In this document: piece after piece, positions 40,707 through 53,048 of the stretch
Position numbering within the stretch: the stretch's first letter is position 1
Layout of the letters: every line of letters starts with the position of its first letter
NCBI GenBank assembly: GCA_963841435.1
Contig: CAWJCS010000006.1
Coordinates: 1,600,001 to 1,664,000, forward strand
Length of the DNA stretch: 64,000 nt
Direction: 5' to 3'
Source: an uncultured delta proteobacterium
GTDB taxonomy: Bacteria > Myxococcota_A > Polyangia > Polyangiales > Polyangiaceae
Notes under the pieces: model-generated
Databases searched by the model: none
The model's input: only the letters and a program-made list of their open reading frames with translations
Told to the model about the DNA's origin: nothing
Made by a program: the position numbers and the translations under genes

Positions 40707-41187
40707 CGAGGTACTTCTCGATGAGCCGCGTCTGCGCTTCCCAGCCGCCCTCGTTCGCCGTGAAGGCCTTGAGCCGCCGCTCGAGAGGGATGCGATCGAA
40801 GCCCGACTCCGTGATGGTGAGACGAGTCCCACCGTGCACTTTTTCGAGGGCGAACGTGACGAGCGTCGAGGGTTCCTCCGAATAGTCAACGCCTGTCTCG
40901 ATCGCGAAGGGGTGCCAGCGAAACGAGAACGATCGCTCGGGCTCGATGCGCTCGACCGTGAATGTGACGGACAGACCGCGGTGCGGCTCCTGAAGCTTGG
41001 CCACCTCCGGATCGACGCGTGTCGGCACGATGCGCGCCCCAACGCGCTCCCCCTCGACGAAAGCCCCGTCGATCTCGACGCCGAACCACGCGCCGAACTC
41101 TCGCGCGTCGCTGATGGCGCGCCAGACGCGCGACGACGACGCGCGCAGAACGATGGTCTTTTCGATGCGATCGGGGACGCCGGCCAT
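40693..41187 (-). CDS. SRPBCC/AHA1-like protein
   Basis: DRIEKTIVLRA, RVWRAISD, FSFRWHP, TRLTITESGF, NEGGW. Confidence 0.92.
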   Translation of the reverse strand: MAGVPDRIEKTIVLRASSSRVWRAISDAREFGAWFGVEIDGAFVEGERVGARIVPTRVDPEVAKLQEPHRGLSVTFTVERIEPERSFSFRWHPFAIETGVDYSEEPSTLVTFALEKVHGGTRLTITESGFDRIPLERRLKAFTANEGGWEAQTRLIEKYLDAAA

Positions 41188-41189
41188 GA

Positions 41190-41250
41190 GCAACCTCCAG
41201 GTTGCGCATCCGATAGCGCGCCCGGGCACGCAACGCAACCCTGCGGTTGC
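41190..41250. promoter_or_regulatory. Two GCAACC-N4-GGTTGC palindromes, probable ArsR operators
   Basis: GCAACCTCCAGGTTGC (41190-41205, overlapping the RBS) and GCAACCCTGCGGTTGC (41235-41250). Confidence 0.75.
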
Positions 41251-41306
41251 CCTTTGGCTGACCCTCACCAAAGGCTCACGGGCCGGACCGGTGGTACCCT
41301 CCGCTC

Positions 41307-42956
41307 GTGACGGGTGAACCTCGGTCGAGCCTCATCGAGCGCGGACGCGCTCACTACGCGAGCCGCGCGTGGGCCGACGCCTACGACGCCCTGACATCAG
41401 CCTCGCGCGCGGAGCCGCTCGACGTAGCGGACGTCGAACGGCTTGCCTTTTGCGCCGCCATGCTCTCGCGCGACCAGGAGATGCTCGAGGGGCTCGAGCG
41501 CGCGCACGACCTCTACCTCGCCGCCGGAAATGCGGAGGCGGCAGCGCGCACTGCATTCTGGCAAGGCTTCCGGCTCGCTGGCATGGGCGAGATCGGCCGC
41601 AGCAGCGCCTGGTTCGGCCGTGCCCAGCAGCTCGTCGAGCGCCTCGGCGAGCCGTCCGTGCTCGACGGGTTCTTGCTGCTGCCGGCCTGTGCTCGCCACC
41701 TCGCGAGTGGCGAGCCCGAAAAAGCAGCCGAAACCGCGGCTCGCGCCGGCGAGATCGCCCGGCGCTACGCTGATCCCGATCTCGAAGCGCTCTCCCAGAG
41801 CTGGCACGGACGCGCCCTTTTGAGGCTCGGCGAGCTCGAGCGCGGCCTGACGTTGCTCGACCTCAGCATGCTCACGGCGTCCGGTTCGACGGTGACGCCG
41901 GCGGTCGTCGGCGTCGTCTACTGCAGTGCCATCAGCAACTGCACGCGTGTCTTCGCGCTCGATCGGGCACGCGAATGGACGCGCGAGCTGACGCGTTTCT
42001 GCGACGCCCACCCCCAGATGATCACGTTCAGCAGCACGTGCCACGTGCACTGCTCCGAGGTGTACCAGGCGACGGGCAAGTGGTCGGAGGCGGAACGGGA
42101 AGCCGAGCGCGCCATCGATCGCATTCCGGACGGCGCGACGATCGACCCGGGCCCGCTCGCGCTCGCGCTCTATCAACGAGCCGAGCTCAAGCGCTTGCTC
42201 GGCGAGTTCGACGAGGCCGAGCGGCTCTACCGGCAAGCGAGCGAGAACGGGCGCGAGCCGCAGCCGGGGCTCGCCTTGCTTCGCCTCGCGCAGGGAAAGC
42301 ACGACCAGGCGACCGTCGCGATCCGGCGCGTGCTCGCGGGCACGACTTCGACTTACGACCGGATGTGCCTGCTGCCCGCCGCGGTGGAGGTGCTGCTCGC
42401 GGCGGGCGCGCTCGACGAGGCTCGCGTGCTCGTCGAGGAGCTCGAAGCCGCCCTGCCTCGCTACCCGAACGAGGTGCTGCGAGCGACGGCGGCCCATGCG
42501 CGCGGCTCCCTCTGCCTCGCCGAGGGGGATCCCCGTGCGGCGCTCACCCCCCTGGGCGCAGCGTTCGAAGCCTGGCAGCGCATCGGGGCGCCCTATCTTG
42601 CCGCCCGCGTCCGCGTGGAGCTCGGTCGGGCTTGCGAAAAGCTCGGCGATCGCGACGGTGCCGAGCTCGCCTTCGCCGCGTCGCGCGCGATCTTCGAGAG
42701 CCTCGGAGCACGGCACGACCTCGAGCGAATCGGCGCCCCGACGGCCGCGCCTGCGGCAGCCGGCGGGCTCACGCCGCGCGAGCTCGAGGTGCTCCGTCTC
42801 GTCGCCGCCGGCCTCACGAACAAGGTCATCGCGGCACGCCTGTCGCTCAGCGAAAAGACCGTCGATCGCCACCTTTCGAACATCTTCGTCAAGCTGAACG
42901 TCAGCTCCCGCTCGGCGGCCACGGCGTACGCGTTCCAGCACGGGCTTGCCGAATAG
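41307..42956 (+). CDS. LuxR-family regulator with TPR-like helical N-terminus
   Basis: GLTPRELEVLRLVAAGLTNKVIAARLSLSEKTVDRHLSNIFVKL. Confidence 0.93.
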   Translation: MTGEPRSSLIERGRAHYASRAWADAYDALTSASRAEPLDVADVERLAFCAAMLSRDQEMLEGLERAHDLYLAAGNAEAAARTAFWQGFRLAGMGEIGRSSAWFGRAQQLVERLGEPSVLDGFLLLPACARHLASGEPEKAAETAARAGEIARRYADPDLEALSQSWHGRALLRLGELERGLTLLDLSMLTASGSTVTPAVVGVVYCSAISNCTRVFALDRAREWTRELTRFCDAHPQMITFSSTCHVHCSEVYQATGKWSEAEREAERAIDRIPDGATIDPGPLALALYQRAELKRLLGEFDEAERLYRQASENGREPQPGLALLRLAQGKHDQATVAIRRVLAGTTSTYDRMCLLPAAVEVLLAAGALDEARVLVEELEAALPRYPNEVLRATAAHARGSLCLAEGDPRAALTPLGAAFEAWQRIGAPYLAARVRVELGRACEKLGDRDGAELAFAASRAIFESLGARHDLERIGAPTAAPAAAGGLTPRELEVLRLVAAGLTNKVIAARLSLSEKTVDRHLSNIFVKLNVSSRSAATAYAFQHGLAE

Positions 42957-42995
42957 CGCTGAAGCGCGGCCTTCTTCTTGGGGGTGTTCGGGGGC

Positions 42996-43013
42996 ATGGG
43001 GAAGATCACCCAT
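42996..43013. promoter_or_regulatory. Palindrome, candidate binding site of the adjacent LuxR regulator
   Basis: ATGGG-GAAGATCA-CCCAT, with a weaker similar site at ~43031-43049. Confidence 0.5.
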
Positions 43014-43115
43014 CCGAAAAAGCGACGGGTCTGGGGGATTGTCCGGAAGCGGCGGCAGGGGCCGAATTCCTAGATTGGGAGACACAGCGCCCGCGTGGGC
43101 GCGCAGGAGGTCACC

Positions 43116-44345
43116 ATGTCGAATCCCAGCTTCCAAAGCGAAACCATCGCCGAAGAGGGCACCGCGCTCAGGGCGCTCGCTCCCACCCCGGTCGCCGAGC
43201 GCGTCGAGACCATCGTCATCGGAGGCGGACAGGCCGGGCTCTCCGTCGGCTACCACTTGCAGCGACGCGGCGTGCGCTTCGCCATTCTCGACGCCGAAGA
43301 GCGCGTCGGCAACGTCTGGCGCAGGCGCTGGGACTCGCTCAGGCTCTTCACCCCGGCGTGGCTCGACAGCCTGGACGGCATGCCCTTCCCCGCCCCGCCC
43401 CACTACTTCCCGACCAAGGACGAGATGGCGGACTATCTCGAGTCCTACGCACGTCACTTCGAGCTTCCCGTGCGAAAGCGAACCCGCGTGGTCTCACTCT
43501 CGAAAGGTCCGTTCGGCTACCGCGTCGAGACCGATCGCGGTGTCTTCGAAGCAAGCACCGTCGTCATCGCGATGTCGAGCTATCAGCGGCCGAAGATCCC
43601 CGCCTGGGCTCGCGAGCTTCGCTCCGACATCGTCCAGATCCACACGAGCAACTACGAGAATCCCGACGCCTTGCGACCGGGCGCCGTGCTGATGGTGGGC
43701 GCCGGCAACTCGGGCGCGGAGATCGGCGTCGAGCTCGGGCACGCCGGGCATCCGGTCGTGCTCGCGGGCCGCGACACCGGCTCCGTGCCGTTCCGGGTCG
43801 GCGGCTTCTGGGGTCGCCTCGTGCTCGCGCGCATCGTTTTGAGGCTGGTCTTTCATCGCCTGCTCACGATTCGCACCCCCTTCGGCCGCAAGGCGCGCAA
43901 AAAGATGCTCCACCAAGGCGGCCCGCTCATCCGCCAGAAGCCCGACGACCTCCGGGCGGCAGGCATCGTGCGGGCGCCGCGCGTCGTCGGCGTCGAAAAC
44001 GGGCAGCCGAAGCTCGCGGACGGCAGCGTCGTCGAAGTCGCGAACGTCCTCTGGGCGACGGGCTTCGAGAACGGCCTCGATTTCGTGAAGCTCCCGATCT
44101 TCGACCAACACGGCGACCCCCGCCACGATGGCGGCGCGGTGTCCGGCCAGCCAGGCCTCTTCTTCGTCGGTCAGCACTTTCTCTACGCGCTGTCGTCCAC
44201 GATGATCCATGGGGTCGGTCGCGACGCCGAGCGCATCGCTGGCGCAGTCATGGAGCGCGCCGGCGAACGCTCACTCGAGCGCGAGAACGGGGCGTCGCGC
44301 GAGGTGGCGCCGCCACCCGCCATGCAGCGGCCCGCTCGCCCGTGA
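43116..44345 (+). CDS. Flavin-containing monooxygenase / NAD(P)-FAD oxidoreductase
   Basis: AGGAGG RBS; GGGQAG, WDSLRLFTP, GAGNSG, WATGF. Confidence 0.9.
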   Translation: MSNPSFQSETIAEEGTALRALAPTPVAERVETIVIGGGQAGLSVGYHLQRRGVRFAILDAEERVGNVWRRRWDSLRLFTPAWLDSLDGMPFPAPPHYFPTKDEMADYLESYARHFELPVRKRTRVVSLSKGPFGYRVETDRGVFEASTVVIAMSSYQRPKIPAWARELRSDIVQIHTSNYENPDALRPGAVLMVGAGNSGAEIGVELGHAGHPVVLAGRDTGSVPFRVGGFWGRLVLARIVLRLVFHRLLTIRTPFGRKARKKMLHQGGPLIRQKPDDLRAAGIVRAPRVVGVENGQPKLADGSVVEVANVLWATGFENGLDFVKLPIFDQHGDPRHDGGAVSGQPGLFFVGQHFLYALSSTMIHGVGRDAERIAGAVMERAGERSLERENGASREVAPPPAMQRPARP

Positions 44346-44558
44346 GCGCCCATGTGAAGCACGCGACGATGGGCGAACCCCGCGTCGTTCGGGACCGAGC
44401 GGAGCTTCCGATGAGTCAGGTCGAATCGGGAACGGGCGCACCGGACGGATTTGAAGCACGGGTGGAACTGGCGCAATGCGAGCCATTTGCTAGGTCTGGT
44501 CCCACCAAGCAGGCTGTAAAATTGGAACGTCGCCACTACCGCGACCGACTGCTCCGCC

Positions 44559-47500
44559 ATGCCCAACCGACTCCCACTCACCCGTCATCTGCGGTTTCTC
44601 GCGCCTTGCTTGGCGCTTTTCATCGCATTCGCATGCAGTGGAAAGCCGGAAGTGGCGTTGCCTCCGAGCCACACGGGTGGCGCGGCGGGTAGCGGCGGCA
44701 GCAGCGGGCGCGGCGGGAGCGGGCTCGGGGGCAGCGGTGGCACGATCACCTTCGGCGGTGCCGGCGACAACGAAGGCGGCGCGGCGGGCGATCGACGAGG
44801 ATCCGTGCGCGGTCGCGGATCCGCCGCCCGAATGTTTCGAGCTCGAGCCGTCGGGCCCGGCCTGCGGCGACGGCGTCATCAATCAGGCCGACGAAGAATG
44901 CGACGACGGCAACAGCCTGCCCGGTGACGGTTGCTCGGGTCGCTGCGTCGTCGAGCCGTACTTCGAGTGCGACGAGCCCGGAAAGCCCTGCAGGAGCACG
45001 ATCGCCTGCGGCGACGGCACGCGCGATCCAGGCGAAGTTTGCGACGACGGCAACACCGAGAGACGACGGCTGTAGCGCCGATTGCCTGTCGATCGACGCA
45101 AGCTACGCGTGCCCGACTCCCGGCGAGCTCTGCATCCTGCTCTACGAGTGCGGCGACAAGCGCGTCAACGGCAGCGAGGAATGCGACGACGGCAACCACG
45201 GTAGCGGCGACGGCTGCAGCTCGCGCTGCAAGGTCGAGACGGGGTACACCTGCCCGCGACCCGGCGACCCGTGTACGCCGCGCGTCGTGTGCGGCGACGG
45301 CAAGCGCGAAGGGCTCGAGCAGTGCGACGACGACAACACCGACGGCGGCGACGGCTGCTCGGCGCAGTGTCGAATCGAGGCTGACTACTCGTGCACGGGG
45401 GCCGTCGGCGAGAAGAGCACGTGCAAGAGCCTGATCGTGTGCGGCGACGGGATCCTGAGCACGGGCGAAGCGTGCGACGACGGAAACACCGACGACGGTG
45501 ACGGCTGCGCCGGCGACTGCTCCGGCGTCGAAACCGGCTACGGCTGCGCGCGACCCGGCTTCGCCTGCCGCGCCATCTGCGGCGATGGGCTCAGGCGTGG
45601 CGCCGAGCAGTGCGACGACGGTGCCCTCATCGACGGCGACGGCTGCGACCACCTCTGCCACATCGAGGACAACACCGTGTGCACCGGGGGGCCGAACGCC
45701 CCTTCGACCTGCCACACCGCGACCTGCGGCGGTGGGACGGGCAAGGAAGGCACCGAGCCCTGCGACGACGGCAACAACGACTGGGGCGATGGTTGCACCC
45801 CGGCTTGCACCAAGGAGCCGAGCTGCACGAACGGGCAAGCCTGCACCTCGGCCTGCGGCGACGGCATCAAGTTCCCGAACGAGGCGTGCGACGACGGCAA
45901 CAACACCGACGGCGACGGCTGCTCCGCGAGCTGCAAGATCGAACAGGGCTACTCGTGCACGACGGCGGGCGGCACGCCGGATCTCATCTCGCTTGCCATG
46001 GTGCTCCGCGATTTCAAGCGCGGCGCGCCGTACAGCGAGCCGAACGACCCCGGGATCACGACGGGCCACACCGACTTCGAGTGGGCATCGTTCGGCAACG
46101 GCGACCCCGACGCCAACGTCGCCGACAACTGGACGAACTACCCGACGCTCCCCGGTGTCGGCGACGCCTTCACGGGCGGCCGCAACGGGAACATCGTGGC
46201 GCAGAGCGTGCTGCTCGGCGGCAACGGCGGGAACGAGTACGGCTTCGTCGCGAGCGCCCTCGGCGTGGACAAGAAGCCCGCCTTCGCCTTCGTCGACCTC
46301 GACGGCGGCGGCGACTGCCCGCTGCCGTTCGGCGCGCTGATCCGCAACAACCAGGGCTTTTGCGTGCGGCAGGTGCAGAACGCGAACAGCTTTTTCAGCT
46401 GGTATCACGACGTCAACGCGCTCAACAACACGTACCTGCGCTCGCTCCCGATGCAGCACTGTGTGGCGCCGTTCGCCGGCGCGTGCACCGGGCAGACCGC
46501 GAACACCTACGTGTACGACAGCGACTTCACGCGCGCCGACGGCACCGACTATCCGACGCCCGGCACGGGTTACAAAGGCTTCTGGCCGCTCGACGACGTC
46601 GCGAACGTCCAAAAGTACCAGCAGTGCAACATCTCGGGCCAGGGCACGGCGCCGAGCCACGATTTTCACTTCACGAGCGAGGTGCACCACTGGTTCCGCT
46701 TCGACCAGGCCGCTCCGCCCACGCTGATCTTCACCGGCGACGACGACGTGTTCGTGTTCATCGCCGGCACGCTCGTGCTCGATCTCGGTGGCATTCACGG
46801 CCGCGTTCAGGGCAGCGTCGTGCTCGACGCCGCCGGCAACGCCGTGACGACGCGGCCCAACGCGAACGGCGGCGGCACCCAGACCCAAAACATCGCCCTC
46901 GGCCTCGCGAACGGCTCGGTTTACGAGATCGTCGTCTTCCAGGCCGAGCGCAACACCTGCGAATCGAACTACCGGCTCGCCCTGCAAAACTTCAATCTGC
47001 AGCGCTCCACTTGCACGCCGATCTGCGGCGAGAACCCCGACATGACCGTGACGGTCACGCCGCCGGAGGAGTGCGACGACGGCAACGCCAACACCTCGAC
47101 GCCGACGTACGGCGGCTGCACGGCCGGCACCTGCACGCTCGGACCGTACTGTGGCGACAAGATCAAAAACGGCCCCGAGGAGTGCGACGACGGCTCGAAC
47201 CGCGCCGTCTGGGGCCAGTCAGGGTGTGCGCCGGGCTGCAAGAACCCGCCACGTTGCGGCGACGGGCGCATCGATGCGGCGTTCGAAGAGTGTGACCTCG
47301 GGTCGGGCAACACCGACGACGGCTACGGGGGCTGCACCAAGAGCTGCACCATCGGCCCGTACTGTGGGGACGGGCACGTGCAAGCGCCCGAGACCTGCGA
47401 CGACGGCGTCAACGACGGGCGCTACGGCAGCTGCCTCGAGGATTGCAGCGAGGGGCCGCGCTGCGGCGACGACATCGTGCAAAAGGAGTGGGGCGAAGAG

Positions 47501-47869
47501 TGCGACGACTCGAGCGACCCGAACTGCTCCAACTGCCGACTCGGCGCGCAGTGCGGCGACAAGGTCGTGCAACCCGGCGAGGATTGCGACGATGGCGTCA
47601 ACGACGGCGGGTACGGCGAGTGCGGCCCCGGTTGCAAGACGGGGCCGCGTTGCGGCGACGGCGTCGTGCAGACGAGCCACGAGCAGTGCGACGACGGTGA
47701 CAAGGGCAATACCGGTGGGTACGGCCAGTGCGCTCCCGGTTGCGTCTACGGCCCGTACTGCGGCGACGGCAAGACCCAGAAGCCGTACGAGGAGTGCGAC
47801 GACGGCAACAAAAAGAGCGGCGACGGCTGCAGCCCCGCCTGCAAGAAGGAAGTGGTCATCCCGAAGTGA
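44559..47869 (+). CDS. Myxobacterial cysteine-rich repeat (DUF4215-type) lipoprotein with a fibro-slime domain; two apparent frameshifts (~44790, ~45062)
   Basis: Lipobox AFAC and Gly linker in ORF 44559; CGDG..EECDDGN..DGCS repeats continue through ORFs 44638 and 44924; fibro-slime FHFTSEVHHWF...FTGDDDVFVFI...DLGGIH...FQAERNT. Confidence 0.88.
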
Positions 47870-47916
47870 CGGGGCCGGCGCCCGACGCCCCGAGCGGGTG
47901 CTCGCGCCCTTGCGGC

Positions 47917-49368
<1,452 letters not shown>

Positions 49369-49733
49369 GCCGGGTTCCCGGACGCGACGACGCAGGGCGC
49401 GTCGCGTACCCCAGAGGATACTACGGAGATAGCCCGCCGCCCTGCTCGCGCAAGAGATCCGCGATCCGCTACCCCCCCCGCGAGTCGGCGGGGCCGTCCC
49501 GGGCCGCGGAACCTCGGCCGCCGCGCAGCTGTGCAAAACGGATCGGTTCGGGCGCGCCATTTTGCGCGCCACTTATGGAAAAGCCGGGGCGAGGCCCGGG
49601 CCGCCGCGTGCCGCTGAACGCGGCGACGAGGCGAGAAATACCCCAAAAGGGGACCCGTGGGAGAGCTCGCCCGACCGCCCTGCCCTGTTCCTGGTCTAAC
49701 CTGCTACGCTAGAGGATCGTACCGAGAGCCGAG

Positions 49734-52205
49734 ATGAGCGACTCGCGAGAAGGGCCCCCGCCGTCCCGGGAAGACGACGAGAGCGACCGGCGGACGACCG
49801 GGAGGCGCGCCATTGCCCCCGAGGGCCGCCCCCGGAGCCCCATCGCCTCCCGCACCCAGGAGGCCGGCGAGCTCTGGGCCGGCAAGTTCGAGATCACCGG
49901 GGAGCTCGGCAGCGGAGCCATGGGGCGGGTGCTGCGCGGCTTCGACACGAAGCTCCGGCGCGAGGTCGCCATCAAGGTCACCAAGGTGCCGCGTGGGCAG
50001 ATGCCCCGCGACGAGCTCGCCCGCTTCGTCGAGGAAGCCCAGATCACGGCCCAGCTCGAGCACCCGAACGTCGCGCCCGTCCACGACCTCGGGCTGTCGC
50101 CCGAGGGGCACGGTTACTTCTCGATGAAGCTCGTGCACGGCCGTTCGCTCGAGGCCATTCTCGACGCGAGGAGGGCCGGCGACAGCGCGACGCTCGCGCA
50201 GTTCGGCCTGCGCCGCCTGCTCGACGTCTTCCAGCAGGTCTGCCAGGCGATCGACTACGCCCACTCGCGCGGCGTCGTGCACCGCGACCTCAAGCCCGCC
50301 AACATCATGGTCGGTGACTTCGGGGAAGTCTTGGTGATGGACTTCGGCGTCGCCAAGCTCGTCGAGTCGGCGGGCGGCGTCAGCACCGAGGTCGAGGACG
50401 GCGGGGAGGTCGCGAGCGGCGAAGTTGCACCCTCCACACCAACGCCCGGCGTCACTTCCGTGCGCACCATCACCAAGGCCTGGGAGACCCAGTCCGGCAC
50501 GATCGTCGGAACGCCCGAATACATGGCGCCGGAGCAAGCCAAGGGTGTCGCCGTGGATGGCCGCGCCGACCTGTACGCGCTCGGCGTGATCCTCTTCGAA
50601 ATCCTCTGCGACCGCGTGCCCTTCGAGAACGACGATCCGCGCTGTACGCTGGTCGAGGTCGTGAGCAAGCCGCCGCCACGACCGAGCGATTTGCACCCTG
50701 GAACCCCGGCCGCCCTCGAGGCGCTCACGCTACGCCTGCTCGTCAAGGATCCCGAGCACCGCACGCTCTCGCCCGCCCAGGTGCGCGCGCACGTGCAAAA
50801 CTACCTCGAGGGAGTCGCGCGAAAATACGATCGCGATCCGCTCTGGAGCGGGGTCGCCTGGAGCGGCGGCGCCCTGCTCACGTTCGCGTTTTTGGTCTGG
50901 TACCTGACGGGACAGTCGATCGCGAAGGTGTTGACGCTCGGCCCGCCCGCCGTGCTGAACGCCATCGGCTGGTTCTTGCTGGTGCTCTCGGTCGGCTACC
51001 CGCTCTGGGCGGGCGCGACTGCGTTCCGCCTGAGCCGCGAGGAGCCGGACCCGTTCCGCCCGCCTCGGCCGAACGAGCTCTTCGTGTCCGGATTCCTTTC
51101 GTATCGCACCTTCGCCGCAGCGCTCGCGCCAGTTTTCCAGCTCGTCTTCATCGTCGAGCTCCTCGTGCTCGCGTACGTGCAGGTACGGCGCGGGGCGCTC
51201 GCTTCCGTCGAAGCCGTGCGCCTGGTGTCGCTGCAGATGCGCGCCGAGTGGTCGGAAGCGCTGATCGTGATCCTGGTCTTCCAGTTCGCCTACCTTTTTC
51301 TCATGACGGGCGAGGTGCGCTTCGCGCGGCGCATCGACCGCCACGAGCTCCTCGTCACACGGCCGCGCTGGGAGTCCGTGTGGCCGTTCTTCCTCGTCGT
51401 CGTGCTTTTATCGACGGTCGTGACGACGCGCGTCCTCGACTTTGCCCTCGGAACGCGCGTGCTCGATTGGCAAGCCTGGCTCTTGCGGGAGCTCTGGCCG
51501 CTGTCGCTCGATCTCGTCAACATCGGCAAGACGCTGGTCTTCCAGGGCACGTTCCTGCTCGCGCTGTCGTCGCTCACGCTCGTGGCCGCGTACTCCTTCC
51601 CCGAGCTGCTCGCCGCGCTGCGCGCCCCCGCTCAGCCCGCCGACGCCGCGTCGGTCACGAGCCGATCCCAGTACTTTTTGCGCTCGGTCGCCACGTTCCG
51701 CACGGCGCGCGCCGTCTGGCTCTATGGCGGAGCGATGATCGGCAGCCTCACGGCGATCCGCATCCTGTCCGGCGCCGGCGAGCAGCCCCTGCTCGTGACC
51801 ATTCTCTACATCCTCGGTCCCTCGGTGATCGGCTTTATCGGCTACACGATGCTCCGGCGCGCCACGCTGCGTTACGTTTCCGAGGAGCCGGCGCTCGCGC
51901 ACATGCTCGAGGAGCAGCTCGCGAAGGCGCGCGATGTGCAACGCCAGGCGAACCTTGCGGCGCTCGAGAGCGCACCGCGCCGCTATGCCTGGCTCGGCCT
52001 CGCTGCTCCGGTGGTGTGCGTGGCGGGCTACGTCGTGTGGCTCGGAAGCCGCGTCGGGCTCGAGGCGGCCCAGAGCGCGGTGCTGCCCGTCACCACAAAG
52101 GACTGGCTGCTCGTCCTGCCGTACGTGCTGCTCTTTCCCGTACTGCCGACGCGCGATCTCGTGCAGCGCTGGTTCTTGAGGCGGCGCGCGGCGGCCCGCG
52201 GCTGA
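49734..52205 (+). CDS. Ser/Thr protein kinase fused to a multi-pass membrane domain
   Basis: GSGAMGRV, VAIK, HRDLKPAN, DFG, YMAPE; about 10 hydrophobic segments in the C-terminal half. Confidence 0.92.
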   Translation: MSDSREGPPPSREDDESDRRTTGRRAIAPEGRPRSPIASRTQEAGELWAGKFEITGELGSGAMGRVLRGFDTKLRREVAIKVTKVPRGQMPRDELARFVEEAQITAQLEHPNVAPVHDLGLSPEGHGYFSMKLVHGRSLEAILDARRAGDSATLAQFGLRRLLDVFQQVCQAIDYAHSRGVVHRDLKPANIMVGDFGEVLVMDFGVAKLVESAGGVSTEVEDGGEVASGEVAPSTPTPGVTSVRTITKAWETQSGTIVGTPEYMAPEQAKGVAVDGRADLYALGVILFEILCDRVPFENDDPRCTLVEVVSKPPPRPSDLHPGTPAALEALTLRLLVKDPEHRTLSPAQVRAHVQNYLEGVARKYDRDPLWSGVAWSGGALLTFAFLVWYLTGQSIAKVLTLGPPAVLNAIGWFLLVLSVGYPLWAGATAFRLSREEPDPFRPPRPNELFVSGFLSYRTFAAALAPVFQLVFIVELLVLAYVQVRRGALASVEAVRLVSLQMRAEWSEALIVILVFQFAYLFLMTGEVRFARRIDRHELLVTRPRWESVWPFFLVVVLLSTVVTTRVLDFALGTRVLDWQAWLLRELWPLSLDLVNIGKTLVFQGTFLLALSSLTLVAAYSFPELLAALRAPAQPADAASVTSRSQYFLRSVATFRTARAVWLYGGAMIGSLTAIRILSGAGEQPLLVTILYILGPSVIGFIGYTMLRRATLRYVSEEPALAHMLEEQLAKARDVQRQANLAALESAPRRYAWLGLAAPVVCVAGYVVWLGSRVGLEAAQSAVLPVTTKDWLLVLPYVLLFPVLPTRDLVQRWFLRRRAAARG

Positions 52206-52247
52206 GCGGGGTTCTCATGCCCCGTGGACCTGGTACCCTGCCGGCCC

Positions 52248-53048
52248 ATGTCGAACGCACGCCCGATGGTCATGCCGTTCTTGGTCGGAATGTTCGCCCT
52301 CGCGGCGTGTGACAAGACCGAGCCGCCGGCGGAGGCTACGACCACACCGAGCGCGACGCCGGCGGCCGTCCCGACCCCGGCCCCCACACCGAGCGCGGAG
52401 GCACCTCCCCCCGCCCGTCCGAAGAAGAAGCTCGCCGATTGCCCCGCGGGCAACGAGGTCGCGGTCGAGGACACCGCCATGGAGCAGGAGCTCCGAAAGA
52501 AGCTCGAGAAACCGAGCGGCGCGATCACGAAGAGCGATCTCAAGCGCCTTCGCTCCCTCAACCTCTCGCAGCTCAAGGACCTGCACGAGCTCGACCCCTG
52601 CCTGTTCACGCCCATGACGGGCCTGAAGGAGCTCTTCCTCGGCACGGGGGACTACGACGACCTCTCGCCAATCGCGGGCGCCAAGGGGCTCGAATCGCTG
52701 CGCGCCTCGATCAATCAGGTCAAAGACATCGCACCCCTCGAGAAGCTCACGAAGCTCGACCGCCTCGACCTCGGGCGCACGCAGGTGAGCGACCTCAAAC
52801 CGCTCGCCGAGCTCACGAGCCTGACGGAGCTTCAGCTCGACGACACGCCCGTCGAGGACCTGTCACCGCTCGCCGGGCTCACGGCGCTCGAGACGCTCAG
52901 CATCAAGCGCACGAAGGTCAAGGACGGCAGCCCGCTCAAGGGGCTGAAGAAGCTCAAGTTCCTCTACATCGGCGGGAGCCCCCTCGACGACGACCCGCTC
53001 ACGATCGGCCCCGTGCGCGCGAACGGCGCGAAGGTGATCAGCGACTAG
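52248..53048 (+). CDS. Internalin-like leucine-rich repeat lipoprotein
   Basis: Lipobox LAAC, P/T/A linker, 22-aa repeats DLxPLxxLxxLxxLxL. Confidence 0.9.
   Translation: MSNARPMVMPFLVGMFALAACDKTEPPAEATTTPSATPAAVPTPAPTPSAEAPPPARPKKKLADCPAGNEVAVEDTAMEQELRKKLEKPSGAITKSDLKRLRSLNLSQLKDLHELDPCLFTPMTGLKELFLGTGDYDDLSPIAGAKGLESLRASINQVKDIAPLEKLTKLDRLDLGRTQVSDLKPLAELTSLTELQLDDTPVEDLSPLAGLTALETLSIKRTKVKDGSPLKGLKKLKFLYIGGSPLDDDPLTIGPVRANGAKVISD

Noticed and set aside
40206-44345. Genomic island integrated at tRNA-Pro
   Set aside because: No integrase, no repeat of the tRNA 3' end and no visible composition shift.
44860-47840. Repeated TGCGGCGACGGC / TGCGACGACGGCAAC motifs as a CRISPR-like array
   Set aside because: They are in-frame codons for CGDG/CDDGN protein repeats with synonymous variation; no cas genes.
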